DNA of 64,000 nucleotides from the human T2T-CHM13v2.0 reference genome, Homo sapiens: NCBI GenBank assembly GCA_009914755.4, contig CP068257.2, positions 1,824,001-1,888,000 of the forward strand, written 5' to 3'. Positions 47,701 through 62,200 of this stretch are shown here, piece after piece. A model generated the notes under the pieces. It saw only the letters and a list, made by a program, of their open reading frames with translations. It did not search any database and was not told where the DNA came from. A program made the position numbers and the translations under genes. The stretch's first letter is position 1; each line of letters starts with the position of its first letter.

Positions 47701-50700
47701 ACAAAGTACACAAACTATAAATTATATACTGTACATAAAATATGAAATTACATCAAATATATATTAGATACATAAAATATGAAAGTACATCAAATATAGA
47801 TTATATACTGTACATATAATATCAATGTACCCCAAATATATATTTTATACTCTACATGAAATATCAAAGTTCACAAACCATACATTATATACTGTACATA
47901 AAATATCAAAGTACCCAAGGTATATATTCTATAGTGTACAAAAAATATCAAAGTACCCAAAGCATGTATTATATACTGTACATAAAATATGAAAGTACAT
48001 CAAATATATATTTTATTCTGTACATAAAATATCAAAGTACACCAGATATATATTCTATAGTGTACATAAAATATCAAAGTACCCAAACTATACATTATAT
48101 ACTGTACATAAAATATGAAATTACATCAAATATATATTATATTAGGTACATAAAATATGAAAGTACATCAAATATAGATTATATACTGTACATAAAATAT
48201 CAAAGTACCCCAAATATATATTATATACTGTACATGAAATATCAAAGTTCACAACTATATATTATATACTGTACATAAAATATCAAAGTCCCCAAGGTAT
48301 ATATTCTATACTGTACAAAAAATATCAAAGTACCCAAAGCATGTATTATATACTGTACATAAAATATGAAATTACATCAAATATATATTATATTGGGTAC
48401 ATAAAATATGAAAGTACATCAAATATAGATTATATACTGTACATAAAATATCAAAGAACCCCAAATATATATTATATACTGTATATGAAATATCAAAGTT
48501 CACAACTATATATTACATACTGTACATAAAATATCAAAGTACCCAATTTATATATTCTATACTGTACAAAAAATATCAAAGTACCCAAAGCATGTATTAT
48601 ATACTGTACATAAAATATGAAAGTACATCAAATATATATTTTATTCTGTACATAAAATATCAAAGTACAGAAGATATATATTCTATAGTGTATATAAAAT
48701 ATCAAAGTACCCAAACTATACATTATATACTGTACATAAAATATGAAATTACATCAAATATGTATTATATTAGGTACATAAAATATGAAAGTACATGAAA
48801 TATAGATTATATACTGTACATAAAATATCAAAGTACCCCAAATTTATATTATATACTATACATGAAATATCAAAGTTCACAAACTATATATTATATACTG
48901 TACATAAAATATCAAAGTACCCAAGGTATATATTCTATAGTGTACAAAAAATATCAAAGTACCCAAAGCATGTATTATATACTGTACATAAAATATAAAA
49001 TTACATCAAATATATATTTTATTCTGTACATAAAATATCAAAGTACACCAGATATATATACTATAGTGTACATAAAATATCAAAGTACCCAAACTATACA
49101 TTATACACTGTACATATAATATGAAATTACATCAAATATATATTAGGTACATAAAATATGAAAGTACATCAAATATAGATTATATACTGTACATATAATA
49201 TCAATGTACCCCAAATATATATTTTATACTCTACATGAAATATCAAAGTTCACAAACCATATATTATATAATGTACATAAAATATCAAAGTACCCAAGGT
49301 ATATATTCTATACTGTACAAAACATATCAAAGTACCCAAACCATTTATTATATACTGTACATAAAATATGAAACTACATCAAATATATATTTTATTCTGT
49401 ACATAAAATATCAAAGTACACCAGATATATATTCTATAGTGTACATAAAATATCAAAGTACCCAAACTATACATTATATACTGTACATAAAATATGAAAT
49501 TACATCAAATATATTTTATATTAGGTACATAAAATATGAAAGTACATCAAATATAGATTATATACTGTACATTAAATACCAAAGTACCCCAAATATATAT
49601 TTTATACTGTACATGAAATATCAAAGTTCACACACTATATATTATATACTGTACATAAAATATCAAAGTACCCAAGGTATATATTCTATACTGTACAAAA
49701 AATATCAAAGTACCCAAAGCATGTATTATATACTGTACATAAAATATGAAAGTACATCAAATATATATTTTATTCTGTACATAAATATCAAAGTACACCA
49801 GATATATATTCTATAGTGTACACAAAATAACAAAGTACACAAACTATAAATTATATACTGTACATAAAATATGAAATTACATCAAATATATATTAGGTAC
49901 ATAAAATATGAAAGTACATCAAATATAGATTATATACTGTACATATAATATCAATGTACCCCAAAAATATATTTTATACTCTACATGAAATATCAAAGTT
50001 CACAAACCGTACATTATATACTGTACATAAAATATCAAAGTACCCAAGGTATATATTCTATACTGTACAAAAAATATCAAAGTACCCAAAGCATGTATTA
50101 TATACTGTACCTAAAATATGAAAGTACATCAAATATATATTTTATTCTGTACATAAAATATCAAAGTACACCAGATATATATTCTATAGTGTACATAAAG
50201 TAACAAAGTACACAAACTATACATTATATACTGTACATAAAATATGAAATTACATCAAATATATATTAGGTACATAAAATATGAAAGTACATCAAATATA
50301 GATTATATACTGTACATAAAATATCAATGTACCCCAAATATATATTTTATACTCTACATGAAATATGAAAGTTCACAAACCATATATTATATACTGTACA
50401 TAAAATATCAAAGTACCCTATGTATATATTCTATACTATACAAAAAATATCAAAGTACCCAAAGCATGTATTATATACTGTACATAAAATATGAAAGTAC
50501 ATCAAATATATATCTTATTCTGTACATAAAACATCAAAGTACCCAAACTATACATTATATACTGTACATAAAATATGAAATTACATCAAATATATATTAG
50601 GTACATAAAATATGAAAGTACATCAAATATAGATTATATACTGTACATAAAATATCAAAGTACCCCAAATATATATTATATACTCTACATGAAATATCAA

Positions 50701-51750
50701 AGTTCACAAACTATACATTATATACTGTACATATAATATGAAAGTACACAAGGTATATATTCTATACTGTACAAAAAATATCAAAGTACCAAAAGCATGT
50801 ATTATATACTGTATATAAAATATGAAAGTACATTAAATATATATTTTATTCTGTACATAAAATATCAAAGTACACCAGATATATATTCTATAGTGTACAT
50901 AAAATAACAAAGTACACAAACTATAAATTATATACTGTACATAAAATATGAAATTACATCAAATATATATTAGATACATAAAATATGAAAGTACATCAAA
51001 TATAGATTATATACTGTACATATAATATCAATGTACCCCAAATATATATTTTATACTCTACATGAAATATCAAAGTTCACAAACCATACATTATATACTG
51101 TACATAAAATATCAAAGTACCCAAGGTATATATTCTATAGTGTACAAAAAATATCAAAGTACCCAAAGCATGTATTATATACTGTACATAAAATATGAAA
51201 GTACATCAAATATATATTTTATTCTGTACATAAAATATCAAAGTACACCAGATATATATTCTATAGTGTACATAAAATATCAAAGTACCCAAACTATACA
51301 TTATATACTGTACATAAAATATGAAATTACATCAAATATATATTATATTAGGTACATAAAATATGAAAGTACATCAAATATAGATTATATACTGTACATA
51401 AAATATCAAAGTACCCCAAATATATATTATATACTGTACATGAAATATCAAAGTTCACAACTATATATTATATACTGTACATAAAATATCAAAGTCCCCA
51501 AGGTATATATTCTATACTGTACAAAAAATATCAAAGTACCCAAAGCATGTATTATATACTGTACATAAAATATGAAATTACATCAAATATATATTATATT
51601 GGGTACATAAAATATGAAAGTACATCAAATATAGATTATATACTGTACATAAAATATCAAAGAACCCCAAATATATATTATATACTGTATATGAAATATC
51701 AAAGTTCACAACTATATATTACATACTGTACATAAAATATCAAAGTACCC
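44758..51750. repeat. Tandem duplication of a 3206-bp super-unit, two full copies plus a partial third. Each copy ends in a pair of 41-bp (1-bp deletion) monomers about 251 bp apart.
   Basis: Exact 3206-bp offsets for seven ORF pairs: 45589/48795, 45656/48862, 46029/49235, 46779/49985, 47038/50244, 47856/51062 and 48341/51547. Offset ORF ends 45072/48278 also match. The 62-aa ORFs at 48341 and 51547 are identical. The GTTCACAACTATAT variants lie at about 45.04/45.29, 48.25/48.50 and 51.46/51.71 kb. Confidence 0.85.
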
Positions 51751-51948
51751 AATTTATATATTCTATACTGTACAAAAAATATCAAAGTACCCAAAGCATG
51801 TATTATATACTGTACATAAAATATGAAAGTACATCAAATATATATTTTATTCTGTACATAAAATATCAAAGTACACCAGATATATATTCTATAGTGTACA
51901 TAAAATAACAAAGTACACAAACTATACATTATATACTGTACATAAAAT

Positions 51949-54900
51949 ATGAAATTACATCAAATATATATTAGGTACATAAAATATGAAAGTACATCAA
52001 ATATAGATTATATACTGTACATAAAATATCAATGTACCCCAAATATATATTTTATACTCTACATGAAATATCAAAGTTCACAAACCATATATTATATACT
52101 GTCCATAAAATATCAAAGTACCCAAGGTATATATTCTATACTATACAAAAAATATCAAAGTACACAAAGCATGTATTATATACTGTACTTAAAATATGAA
52201 AGTACATCAAATATATATTTTATTCTGTACATAAAATATCAAAGTACACCAGATATATATTCTATAGTGTACATAAAATATCAAAGTACCCAAACTATAC
52301 ATTATATACTATACATAAAATATGAGATTACATCCAATATATATTATATTAGGTACATAAAATATGAAAGTACATCAAATATAGATTATATACTGTACAT
52401 AAAATATCAAAGTACCCCAAATATATATTATATCCTCTACAAGAAATATCAAAGTTCACACACTATATATTATATACTGTACATAAAATATCAAAGTACC
52501 CAAGGTATATATTCCATACTGTACAAAAAATATCAAAGTACCCAAAGCATGTATTATATTCTGTATATAAAATATGAAAGTACATCAAATATATATTTTA
52601 TTCTGTACATGAAATATCAAAGTACACCAGATATATATTCTATAGTGTACATAAAATAAAAAGTACACAAACTATAAATTATATACTGTACATAAAATAT
52701 GAAATTACATCAAATATATATTAGGTACATAAAATATGAAAGTACATCAAATATAGATTATATACTGTACATATAATATCAATGTACCCCAAATATATAT
52801 TTTATTCTCTACATGAAATATCAAAGTTCACAAAGCATATATTATATACTGTACATAAAATATCAAAGTACCCAAGGTATATATTCTATACTGTACAAAA
52901 AATATCAAAGTAACCAAAGCATGTAATATATACTGTACATAAAATATGAAAGTACATGAAATATATATTTTATTCTGTACATAAAATATCAAAGTACACC
53001 AGATATATATTCTATAGTGTACATAAAATATCAAAGTACCCAAACTATACATTATATACTGTACATAAAATATGAGATTACATCAAATATATATTATATT
53101 AGGTACATAAAATATGAAAGTACATCAAATATAGATTATATACTGTACATAAAATATCAAAGTACCCCAAATATATATTATATACTCTACAGGAAATATC
53201 AAAGTTCACACACTATATATTATATACTGTACATAAAATATCAAAGTACCCAAGGTATATATTCTATACTGTACAAAAAATATCAAAGTACCCAAAGCAT
53301 GTATTATATTCTGTATATAAAATATGAAAGTACATCAAATATATATTTTATTCTGTACATAAAATATCAAAGTACACCAGATATATATTCTATAGTGTAC
53401 ATAAAATAACAAAGTACACAAACTATAAATTATATACTGTACATAAAATATGAAATTACATCAAATATATATTAGGTACATAAAATATGAATGTACATCA
53501 AATATAGAATATACACTGTACATATAATATCAATGTACCCCAAATATATATTTTATTCTCTACATGAAATATCAAAGTTCACAAACCATATATTATATAC
53601 TGTACATAAAATATCAAAGTACCCAAGGTATATATTCTATAATGTACAAAAAATATCAAAGTACCAAAAGCATGTATTATATAGTGTACATAAAATATGA
53701 AAGTACATCAAATATATATTTTATTCTGTACATATAATATCAAAGTACACCAGATATATATTCTATAGTGTACATAAAATATCAAAGTACCCAAACTATA
53801 CATTATATACTGTACATAAAATATGAAATTACATCAAATATATATTATATTAGGTACATAAAATATGAAAGTACATCAAATATAGATTATATTCTGTACA
53901 TAAAATATCAATGTATCCCAAATATATATTTTATACTCTACATGAAATATCAAAGTTCACAAACCATATCTTATATACTGTACATAAAATATCAAAGTAC
54001 CCAAGGTATATATTCTATACTGTACAAAAAATATCAAAGTACCCAAAGCATGTATTATATACTGTACATAAAATATGAAAGTACATCAAATATATATTTT
54101 ATTCTGTAGATAAAATATCAAAGTACACCAGATATATATTCTATAGTGTACATAAAATATCAAAGTACCCAAACTATACATTATATACTGTACATAAAAT
54201 ATGAAATTACATCAAATATATATTATATTAGGTACATAAAATATGAAAGTACATCAAATATAGATTATATACTGTACATAAAATATCAAATTACCCCAAA
54301 TATATATTATATACTCTACATGAAATATCAAAGTTCACAAACTATATATTATATACTGTACATAAAATATCAAAGTACCCAAGGTATATATTCTATACTG
54401 TACAAAAAATATCAAAGTATCCAAAGCATGTATTATATACTGTATATAAAATATGAAAGTACATTAAATATATATTTTATTCTGTACATAAAATATCAAA
54501 GTACATCAGATATATATTCTATAGTGTACATAAAATAACAAAGTACGCAAACTATAAATTATATACTGTACATAAAATATGAAATTACATCAAATATATA
54601 TTAGGTACATAAAATATGAAAGTACATCAAATATAGAATATACTGTACATGAAATACCAAAGTACCCCAAATATATATTTTATACTCTACATGAAATATC
54701 AAAGTTCACAAACTATATATTATATACTGTATATAAAATATCAAAGTACCCAAGGTATATATTCTATACTGTACAAAAAATATCAAAGTACCCAAAGCAT
54801 GTATTATATACTGTACATAAAATATGAAAGTACATCAAATATATATTTTATTCTGTACAGAAAATATCAAAGTACACCAGATATATATTCTATAGTGTAC

Positions 54901-57900
54901 ATAAAATATCAAAGTACCCAAACTATACATTATATACTGTACATAAAATATGAAATTACATCAAATTTATATTAGGTACATAAAATATGAAAGTACATCA
55001 AATATAGATTATATACTGTACATAAAATATCAAAGTACCCCAAATATATATTATATACTCTACATGAAATATCAAAGTTCACAAACTATATATTATATAC
55101 TGTACATAACATATCCAAGTACCCAAGGTATATATTCTATACTGTACAAAAAATATCAACGTACCCAAAGCATGTATTATATACTCTATATAAAATATGA
55201 AAGTACATCACATATATATTTTATTCTGTACATAAAATATCAAAGTACACCAGATATATATTCTATAGTGTACATAAAATAACAAAGTACAAAAACTATA
55301 AATTATATGCTGTACATAAAATATGAAATTACATCAAATATATATTAGGTACATAAAATATGAAAGTACATCAAATATAGATTATATACTGTACATATAA
55401 TATCAATGTACCCCAAATATATATTTTATTCTCTACATGAAATATCAAAGTTCACAAACCATATATTATATACTGTACATAAAATATCAAAGTACCCAAG
55501 GTATATATTCTATACTGTACAAAAAATATCAAAGTACCCAAAGCATGTATTATATACTGTACATAAAATATGAAAGTACATCAAATATATATTTTATTCT
55601 GTACATAAAATATCAAAGTACACCAGATATATATTCTATAGTGTACATAAAATATCAAAGTACCCAAACTATACATTATATACTGTACATAAAATATGAA
55701 ATTACATAAAATATATATTATATTAGGTACATAAAATATGAAAGTACATCAAATATAGATTATATACTGTACATTAAATACCAAAGTACCCCAAATATAT
55801 ATTTTATACTGTACATGAAATATCAAAGTTCACAAACTATATAATATAAACTGTACATGTAATATCAAAGTACCCGAGGTATATATTCTATACTGTACAA
55901 AAAATAACAAAGTACCAAAAGCATGTATTATATACTGTACATAAAATATGAAAGTATATCAAATATAGATTTTCTTCTGTACATAAAATATCAAAGTAAA
56001 ACAGATATATATTCTATAGTGTACATAAAATATCAAAGTACCCAAACTATACATTATATACTGTACATAAAACATGAAATTACATCAAATATATATTATA
56101 TTAGGTACATAAAATATGAAAGTACATCAAATATAGATTATATAGTGTACATAAATTATCAAAGTACCCCAAATATATATTATATACTCTACATGAAATA
56201 TCAAAGTTCACAAACTATATATTATATAGTGTACATAAAATATGAAAGTACCCAAGGTATACATTCTATACTGCAAAAAAAATATCAAAGTACCCAAAGC
56301 AAGTATTATATACTGTATCTAAAATATGAAAGTACAGCAAATATATATTTTATTCTGTACATAAAATATCAATGTACACCAGATATATATTCTATAGTGT
56401 ACATAAAATATCAAAGTACCCAAACTATACATTATATACTGTACATAAAATATGAAATTACATCAAATATATATTAGGTACATAAAATATGAAAGTACAT
56501 CAAATATAGATTATATACTGTACATAAAATATCAATGTACCCCAAATATATATTTTATACTCTACATGAAATATCAAAGTTCACAAACCATATATTATAT
56601 ACTGTCCATAAAATATCAAAGTACCCAAGGTATATATTCTATACTATACAAAAAATATCAAAGTACGCAAAGCATGTATTATATACTGTACTTAAAATAT
56701 GAAAGTACATCAAATATATATTGTATTCTGTACATAAAATATCAAAGTACAAAAGATATATATTCTATAGTGTACATAAAATATCAAAGTACCCAAACTA
56801 TACATTATATACTGTACATAAAATATGAAATTACATCAAATATATATTAGGTACATAAAATATGAATGTACATCAAATATAGATTATATACTGTACATAA
56901 AATATCAAAGTACACAAACTATAAATTATATACTGTACATAAAATATGAAATTACATCAAATATATATTAGGTACATAAAATATGAAAGTACTTCAAATA
57001 TAGATTATATACTGTACATATAATATCAATGTACCCCAAATATATATTTTATACTCTACATGAAATATCAAAGTTCACAAACCATACATTATATACTGTA
57101 CATAAAATATCAAAGTACCCAAGGTATATATTCTATACTGTACAAAAAATATCAAAGTACCCAAAGCATGTAATATATACTGTACATAAAATATGAAAGT
57201 ACATGAAATATATATTTTATTCTGTACATAAAATATCAAAGTACACCAGATATATATTCTATAGTGTACATAAAATATCAAAGTACCCAAACTATACATT
57301 ATATACTGTACATAAAATATGAGATTACATCAAATATATATTATATTAGGTACATAAAATATGAAAGTACATCAAATATAGATTATATACTGTACATAAA
57401 ATATCAAAGTACCCCAAATATATATTATATACTCTACAGGAAATATCAAAGTTCACACACTATATATTATATACTGTACATAAAATATCAAAGTACCCAA
57501 GGTATATATTCTATACTGTACAAAAAATATCAAAGTACCCAAAGCATGTATTATATTCTGTATATAAAATATGAAAGTACATCAAATATATATTTTATTC
57601 TGTACATAAAATATCAAAGTACACCAGATATATATTCTATAGTGTACATAAAATAACAAAGTACACAAACTATAAATTATATACTGTACATAAAATATGA
57701 AATTACATCAAATATATATTAGGTACATAAAATATGAAAGTACATCAAATATAGATTATATACTGTACATATAATATCAATGTACCCCAAATATATATTT
57801 TATTCTCTACATGAAATATCAAAGTTCACAAACCATATATTATATACTGTACATAAAATATCAAAGTACCCAAGGTATATATTCTATAATGTACAAAAAA

Positions 57901-59200
57901 TATCAAAGTACCAAAAGCATGTATTATATACTGTACATAAAATATGAAAGTACATCAAATATATGTTTTATTCTGTACATATAATATCAAAGTACACCAG
58001 ATATATATTCTATAGTGTACATAAAATATCAAAGTACCCAAACTATACATTATATACTGTACATAAAATATGAAATTACATCAAATATATATTATATTAG
58101 GTACATAAAATATGAAAGTACATCAAATATAGATTATATTCTGTACATAAAATATCAATGTATCCCAAATATATATTTTATACTCTACATGAAATATCAA
58201 AGTTCACAAACCATATCTTATATACTGTACATAAAATATCAAAGTACCCAAGGTATATATTCTATACTGTACAAAAAATATCAAAGTACCCAAAGCATGT
58301 ATTATATACTGTACATAAAATATGAAAGTACATCAAATATATATTTTATTCTGTACATAAAATATCAAAGTACACCAGATATATATTCTATAGTGTACAT
58401 AAAATATCAAAGTACCCAAACTATACATTATATACTGTACATAAAATATGAAATTACATAAAATATATATTATATTAGGTACATAAAATATGAAAGTACA
58501 TCAAATATAGATTATATACTGTACATTAAATACCAAAGTACCCCAAATATATATTTTATACTGTACATGAAATATTCAAGTTCACAAACTATATAATATA
58601 TACTTTACATGTAATATCAAAGTACCCGAGGTATATATTCTATACTGTACAAAAAATAACAAAGTACCAAAAGCATGTATTATATACTGTACAAAAAATA
58701 TGAAAGTACATCAAATATAGATTTTATTCTGTACATAAAATATCAGAGTACAACAGATATATATTCTATAGTGTACATAAAATATCAAAATACCCAAACT
58801 ATACATTATATACTGTACATAAAACATGAAATTACATCAAATATATATTATATTAGGTACATAAAATATGAAAGTACATCAAATATAGATTATATACTGT
58901 ACATTAAATAGCAAAGTACCCCAAATATATATTTTATACTGTACATGAAATATCAAAGTTCACAAACTATATATTATATACTGTACATGTAATATCAAAG
59001 TACCCGAGGTATATATTCTATACTGTACAAAAAATAACAAAGTACCAAAAGCATGTATTATATACTGTATATAAAATATGAAAGTACATCAAATATATAT
59101 TTTATTCTGTACATAAAATCTCAAAGTACACCAGATATATATTCTATAGTGTACATAAAATAACAAAGTACAAAAACTATAAATTATATACTGTACATAA
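51949..59200. repeat. Patchwork of segmental duplications at offsets 4247, 4503 and 2752 within domain B.
   Basis: Offset 4247 for 52828/57075 (minus-frame), 53017/57264 and 53768/58015. Offset 4503 for the 51949 and 56452 ORFs, which share the same idiosyncratic translation (YILSIKYQ). Offset 2752 for 55923/58675 and for the YEIT-stop ends 55709/58461. Confidence 0.7.
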
Positions 59201-59203
59201 AAT

Positions 59204-62200
59204 ATGAAATTACATCAACTATATATTAGGTACATAAAATATGAAAGTACATCAAATATAGATTATATACTGTACATAAAATATCAATGTACCCCAAATA
59301 TATATTTTATACTCTGCATGAAATATCAAAGATCACAAACCATATATTATATACTGTATATAAAATATCAAAGTACCCAAGGTATATATTCTATACTATA
59401 CAAAAAATATCAAAGTACCCAAAGCATGTATTATATACTGTACATAAAATATAAAAGTACATCAAATATATATTTTATTCTGTACATAAAATATCAAAGT
59501 ACACCAGATATATATTCTATAGTGTACATAAAATATCAAAGTACCCAAACTATACATTATATACTGTACATAAAATATGAAATTACATCAAATATATTTT
59601 ATATTAGGAACATAAAATATGAAAGTACATCAAATATAGATTATATACTGTACATAAAATATCAAAGTACCCCAAGTATATATTATATACTCTACAGGAA
59701 ATATCAAAGTTCATACACTATATATTATATACTGTACATAAAATATCAAAGTACCCAAGGTATATATTCTATACTGTACAAAAAATATCAAAGTACCCAA
59801 AGCATGTATTATATTCTGTATATAAAATATGAAAGTACATCAAATATATATTTTATTCTGTACATAAAATATCAAAGTATACCAGATATATATTCTATAG
59901 TGTACATAAAATAACAAAGTACACAAACTATAAATTATATACTGTACATAAAATATGAGATTACATCAAATATATATTATATTAGGTACATAAAATATGA
60001 AAGTACATCAAATATAGATTATATACTGTACATAAAATATCAAAGTACCCCAAATATATATTATATACTCTACATGAAATATCAAAGTTCACAAACTATA
60101 TATTATATACTGTACATAAAATATCAAAGTACCCAAGGTATATATTCTATACTGTACAAAAAATATCAAAGTACCCAAAGCATGTATTATATACTGTACA
60201 TAAAATATGAAAGTACATCAAATATATATTTTATTCTGTACATAAAATATCAAAGTACACCAGATATATATTCTATAGTGTAAATAAAATAACAAAGTAC
60301 ACAACTATACATTATATACTGTACAGAAAATATGAAATTACATCAAATATATATTAGGTACATAAAATATGAAAGTACATCAAATATAGATTATATACTG
60401 TACATAAAATATCAAAGTACCCCAAATATATATTATATACTCTACATGAAATATCAAAGTTCACAAACTATATTTTATATACTGTACATAAAATATCAAA
60501 GTACCCAAGGTATATATTCTATACTGTACAAAAAATATCAAAGTACCCAAAGCATGTATTATATACTGTATATAAAATATGAAAGTACATCAAATATATA
60601 TTTTATTCTGTACATAAAATATCAAAGTACACCAGATATATATTCTATAGTGTACATAAAATAACAAAGTACACAAACTATAAATTATATACTGTACATA
60701 AAATATGAAATTACATCAAACATATATTAGGTACATAAAATATGAAAGTACATCAAATATAGATTATATACTGTACATATAATATCAATGTACCCGAAAT
60801 ATATATTTTATACTCTACATGAAATATCAAAGTTCACAAACCATATATTATATACTGTACATAAAATATCAAAGTACCCAAGGTATATATTCTATACTGT
60901 ACAAAAAATATCAAAGTACCCAAAGCATGTATTATATACTGTACATAAAATATGAAATTACATCAAATATATATTTTATTCTGTACATAAAATATCAAAG
61001 TACACCAGATATATATTCTATAGTGTACATAAAATATCAAAGTACCCAAACTATACATTATATACTGTACATAAAATATGAAATTACATCAAATATATAT
61101 TATATACTGTACATTAAATACCAAAGTACCCCAAATATATATTTTATACTGTACATGAAATATCAAAGTTCACAAACTATATATTATATACTGCACATAA
61201 AATATCAAAGTACCCAACGTATATATTCTATACTGTACAAAAAATATCAAAGTACCCAAAGCATGTATTATATACTGTACCTAAAATATGAAAGTACATC
61301 AAATATATATTTTATTCTGTACATAAAATATCAAAGTACACCAGATATATATTCTATAGTGTACATAAAATATCAAAGTACCCAAACTATACATTATATA
61401 CTGTACATAAAATATGAAATTACATCAAATATATATTATATTAGGTACATAAAATATGAAAGTATATCAAATATAGATTATATACTGTACATAAAATATC
61501 AAAGTACCCCAAATATATATTATATACTCTACATGAAATATCAAAGTTCACAAACCATATATTATATACTGTACATAAAATAAAGTACCCAAGGTATATA
61601 TTCTATACTGTAGAAAAGATATCAAAGTACCCAAAGCATGTATTATATACTGTATATAAAATATGAAAGTACATCAAATATATATTTTATTCTGTACATA
61701 AAATCTCAAAGTACACCAGATATATATTCTATAGTGTACATAAAATAACAAAGTACAAAAACTATAAATTATATACTGTACATAAAATATGAAATTACAT
61801 CAACTATATATTAGGTACATAAAATATGAAAGTACATCAAATATAGATTATATACTGTACATAAAATATCAATGTACCCCAAATATATATTTTATACTCT
61901 GCATGAAATATCAAAGATCACCAACCATATATTATATACTGTATATAAAATATCAAAGTACCCAAGGTATATATTCTATACTATACAAAAAATATCAAAG
62001 TACCCAACCATGTATTATATACTGTACATAAAATATAAAAGTACATCAAATATATATTTTATTCTGTACATAAAATATCAAAGTACACCAGATATATATT
62101 CTATAGTGTACATAAAATATCAAAGTACCCAAACTATACATTATATACTGTACATAAAATATGAAATTACATCAAATATATTTTATATTAGGAACATAAA

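Noticed and set aside
60113-60154. Possible 21-bp half-monomer sub-repeat (TACATAAAATATCAAAGTACC versus CAAGGTATATATTCTATACTG)
   Set aside because: The two halves share only the GTAC, TATA and A/T-rich character. Their similarity is too weak to support a 21-bp ancestral unit without a formal alignment.
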